Positions 61,601 through 64,000 of a stretch of 64,000 nt of DNA are shown in pieces (positions within the stretch are counted from its first letter, which is position 1; the number at the start of each line of letters is the position of its first letter). Source of the stretch: Nemertoderma westbladi (lineage: Eukaryota > Animalia > Xenacoelomorpha); the NCBI GenBank assembly GCA_032718475.1, contig JAUCBJ010000385.1:1-64000 (forward strand), read 5' to 3'. A program made the position numbers and the translations under genes. Below the pieces are notes generated by a model. That model saw only the letters and a program-made list of their open reading frames with translations. It ran no database searches and was not told where the DNA came from.

Positions 61601-62198
61601 ATTGTGTAGTGTATCATTTACCCCATGGCAATCCGCGACTATGCTGTTTCGGTGCACTCGATGTTGTTTTAAAGAAGACGGAACTTACGACTTCCAAAGG
61701 GCATTAGAACGGTACAGTATAACTAAACTGGTGAACTACATGTATATAGTAAATTATGTGGGTAAGTCTTGCTTAGTTTATTTTGTGTTTAATTAAATAG
61801 TGATGAAAGCCTTATATATATAATATATTTGTTACATTATGTCAACTTACTGCTTATATTCAATAATATTGAGACATTAAAAATTATATCGTTTGATCTA
61901 CTTGATCTTGGGTTGATTTATTGACAATACTGAATACCAAAGTACTGATAGGTGAAGTTGTCGTACTTACGCAACCAAAACTCTAGATAAGCAATTTAGC
62001 AACCAGGCTAGTATAGAGCCAGGCCTGTATAATATATAAGCAATATATAAATAATTTATTATGATTAATCTGATTAAATTAATATATATAGTCACATTTC
62101 TACAATTGATTTAGAATAATAATAATGATTAAACAATAAACAATTCCTCCAGGAGAGTAGCATAGAAATTAATTAGTTCCTAAGATATTATTGAAGCC

Positions 62199-62365
62199 CT
62201 AATACATTTCACCCGCTCCTTCACCGAAACCGAGACTCCTCCAAGGTATCCTTCCACCCCTGAGACACAGTCACGCAGCCCGCAACAACCCAAACTGCAA
62301 TCGCCTCCTCACAGCACCCAACACAACCCCCAACCCTCGCTGCCTCATCCGCACCCGCTTTGACA
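62199..62365 (-). mobile_element. Degraded 3'-terminal fragment of another CRE-like LINE
   Basis: Minus-strand translation VRRRLQFGLLRAA*LCLRGGRIPWRSLGFGEGAG resembles the CRE C-terminal RLSF.LLR...CLRG.R motif. Confidence 0.55.
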
Positions 62366-63277
62366 CAAGTGTCTCTGCAAGGTGTTTAATGAACATCTGA
62401 GCTTCCGGGGCGGAAGCTCAGATTATCACTATCAGTTGAGCACACTGATAATTTTATTTAATAAATACATCATATTCTAGAACATTTTGTTTATTCCATA
62501 CGTAGCTGGGCAACAATGCAATGCATCTTTAATCATACTATTATGTAGATATCCATACATAAACAAAATGATCTAGAATATGGTGTTTTTATTTAAATAG
62601 AATATAATAGCCTCGCGCAGGTGGCAGGTGCAAAACCATGCAACATTTGAACGCTCATATCTCAGCTATTTCCCAACCAAATTCAAATATTTTTACATTT
62701 TTGGAATCCTTGCACGGTGAGCTTTCTATTGGTACCAACAATTCACTATAAGGTTGAAGAATAACTGCGGTGTAACTTGTGAAATATCACCTGCAGAGAC
62801 ACTTTTTCAAACGCTTGTACAGAAGAAAAAGATTGAAAGCAAAAATAATAATTCTGGCTCACCTAATAACACCGCTTTACAACTGTTTAGCCAGGACAGT
62901 CTGTTGTTACTCAGTCCGCCGCTAGAGGGCTAAGTTGAGCAGAACAAATCTGCTCATACTGTATTTGCTTATAATCCTTTCGTGTTATTCATACTTAAAT
63001 AAATTCATCTCGTGTGCTGCGCGAAGGCCTCACTCAGAGAAGAGAAATATGAAAATACATCTTAATTATTTAGACATAATTTACATTTATCAACCAATTT
63101 CAGTCAAACATTCAAACAAATAGTAACATCTAACCAACATTACCTACATTACTATTATAAATATACAACAAACTATACTAGAAAATTAACTACTAATAAC
63201 TAATTAATTACTATTACAACAGCTTGAGGTAATCCTATTAAGCACGAATTAATTAGCGAGACATCATTATCATGAGG

Positions 63278-64000
63278 TCACTCCGCTCCGGATGGAGTGA
63301 CGTCATCAGTCTGTTGAGTCAACCAGTAATCAATAAGTCTCGCCATGTGTTGCCTATGTATAGCGGAGAGACAGTAACTGATAGATAGAGATATATCGTG
63401 GACCCTGGATTGGAAACGGAGTCTGTCCCTGGCGACGGTCTCCCAGCAACCCTTGCGAGCGCGGTTGGAAGCGAAGGACCAGGTGACTATAGGTCGTACG
63501 CGAACCAATCGGGAGGCGAAGCGGACTTGTTTGCCGTGGGCGGGAGATTCAAACGGGGTACAATGGTGGGAGTGGGCGGGACAATGGTTGTCGGATGAGC
63601 GGCTAGCTACTGACTGCCGGGGTCTGCGGGACCTGCAGTCACCCGTAGCCGAGGCGACGGGTAACCAATAGCAACAGGTTAATCCAAGTCCGGCATCGGA
63701 TCGATGCTCGTAAATATTATCGAATATATTGTTCAAATCATTCGAACTGGAGTCACTGATATTAAAACTGGAGTCTCTGATATTAGAACTGGAGTCTCTG
63801 ATATTATTAGAACTGGAGTCTCCGATATTAGAACTGGAGTCTCCGATATTAGAACTGGAGTCTCTGATATTAGAACTGGAGTCTCTGATATTAGAACTGG
63901 AGTCTCTGATATTAGAACTGGAGTCTCTGATATTAGAACTGGAGTCTCTGATATTAGAACTGGAGTCTCTGATATTAGAACTGGAGTCTCTGATATTAGA
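63278..64000 (-). CDS. PPP1R15: PPP1R15/GADD34-like eIF2-alpha phosphatase regulatory subunit, C-terminal part (continues beyond the window)
   Basis: PP1-binding KQVRF followed by W.FA...ARKGCWETVARDRLRFQSRV; the frame stays open through the 21-bp repeat to position 64000. Confidence 0.88.
   Translation of the reverse strand, partial: SNIRDSSSNIRDSSSNIRDSSSNIRDSSSNIRDSSSNIRDSSSNIRDSSSNIGDSSSNIGDSSSNNIRDSSSNIRDSSFNISDSSSNDLNNIFDNIYEHRSDAGLGLTCCYWLPVASATGDCRSRRPRQSVASRSSDNHCPAHSHHCTPFESPAHGKQVRFASRLVRVRPIVTWSFASNRARKGCWETVARDRLRFQSRVHDISLSISYCLSAIHRQHMARLIDYWLTQQTDDVTPSGAE
63745..64000. repeat. 21-bp tandem repeat (GAACTGGAGTCTCTGATATTA)n, encoding SNIRDSS in the PPP1R15 frame
   Basis: Read directly; at least 12 units. 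Confidence 0.95.

Noticed and set aside
61570-61640. B-box-like GGTTCGAATC on the minus strand (tRNA or SINE)
   Set aside because: No convincing cloverleaf or A-box; at most a decayed SINE head.

Overview
AT-rich, repeat-dense window from an animal (invertebrate-like) nuclear genome with intron-poor host genes: the last coding exon of a CEP164-like gene, V-ATPase subunit C (2 exons), intronless PRKRIP1, two tandem type-II-membrane fibrinogen-domain genes, intronless Nck and the 3' part of a PPP1R15/GADD34-like gene. The main novelty candidate is a BEL/Pao-derived LTR element, present as one complete copy with identical LTRs (2059-9793, TSD CGGTC, inserted into a CRE LINE) and one diverged, broken copy (21459-~31682). 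It encodes Gag and protease followed by a conserved transmembrane tail, but has no RT, RNase H or integrase. It lacks a tRNA-type PBS and instead has a PBS complementary to its own LTR (Tf1-like self-priming geometry), and its 3' UTR holds conserved and amplified hairpins, one with a compensatory base change. Also present: an inverted pair of minimal hammerhead ribozyme motifs, a ~9-10 kb tandem duplication whose junction is bridged by an RTE 3' end, Ulp1-protease fragments, a two-subunit satellite, and nested DNA transposon derivatives (Ginger-, Foldback-, Harbinger-, Kolobok-, hAT-like). All family assignments come from manual motif recognition; no database searches or folding programs were run.
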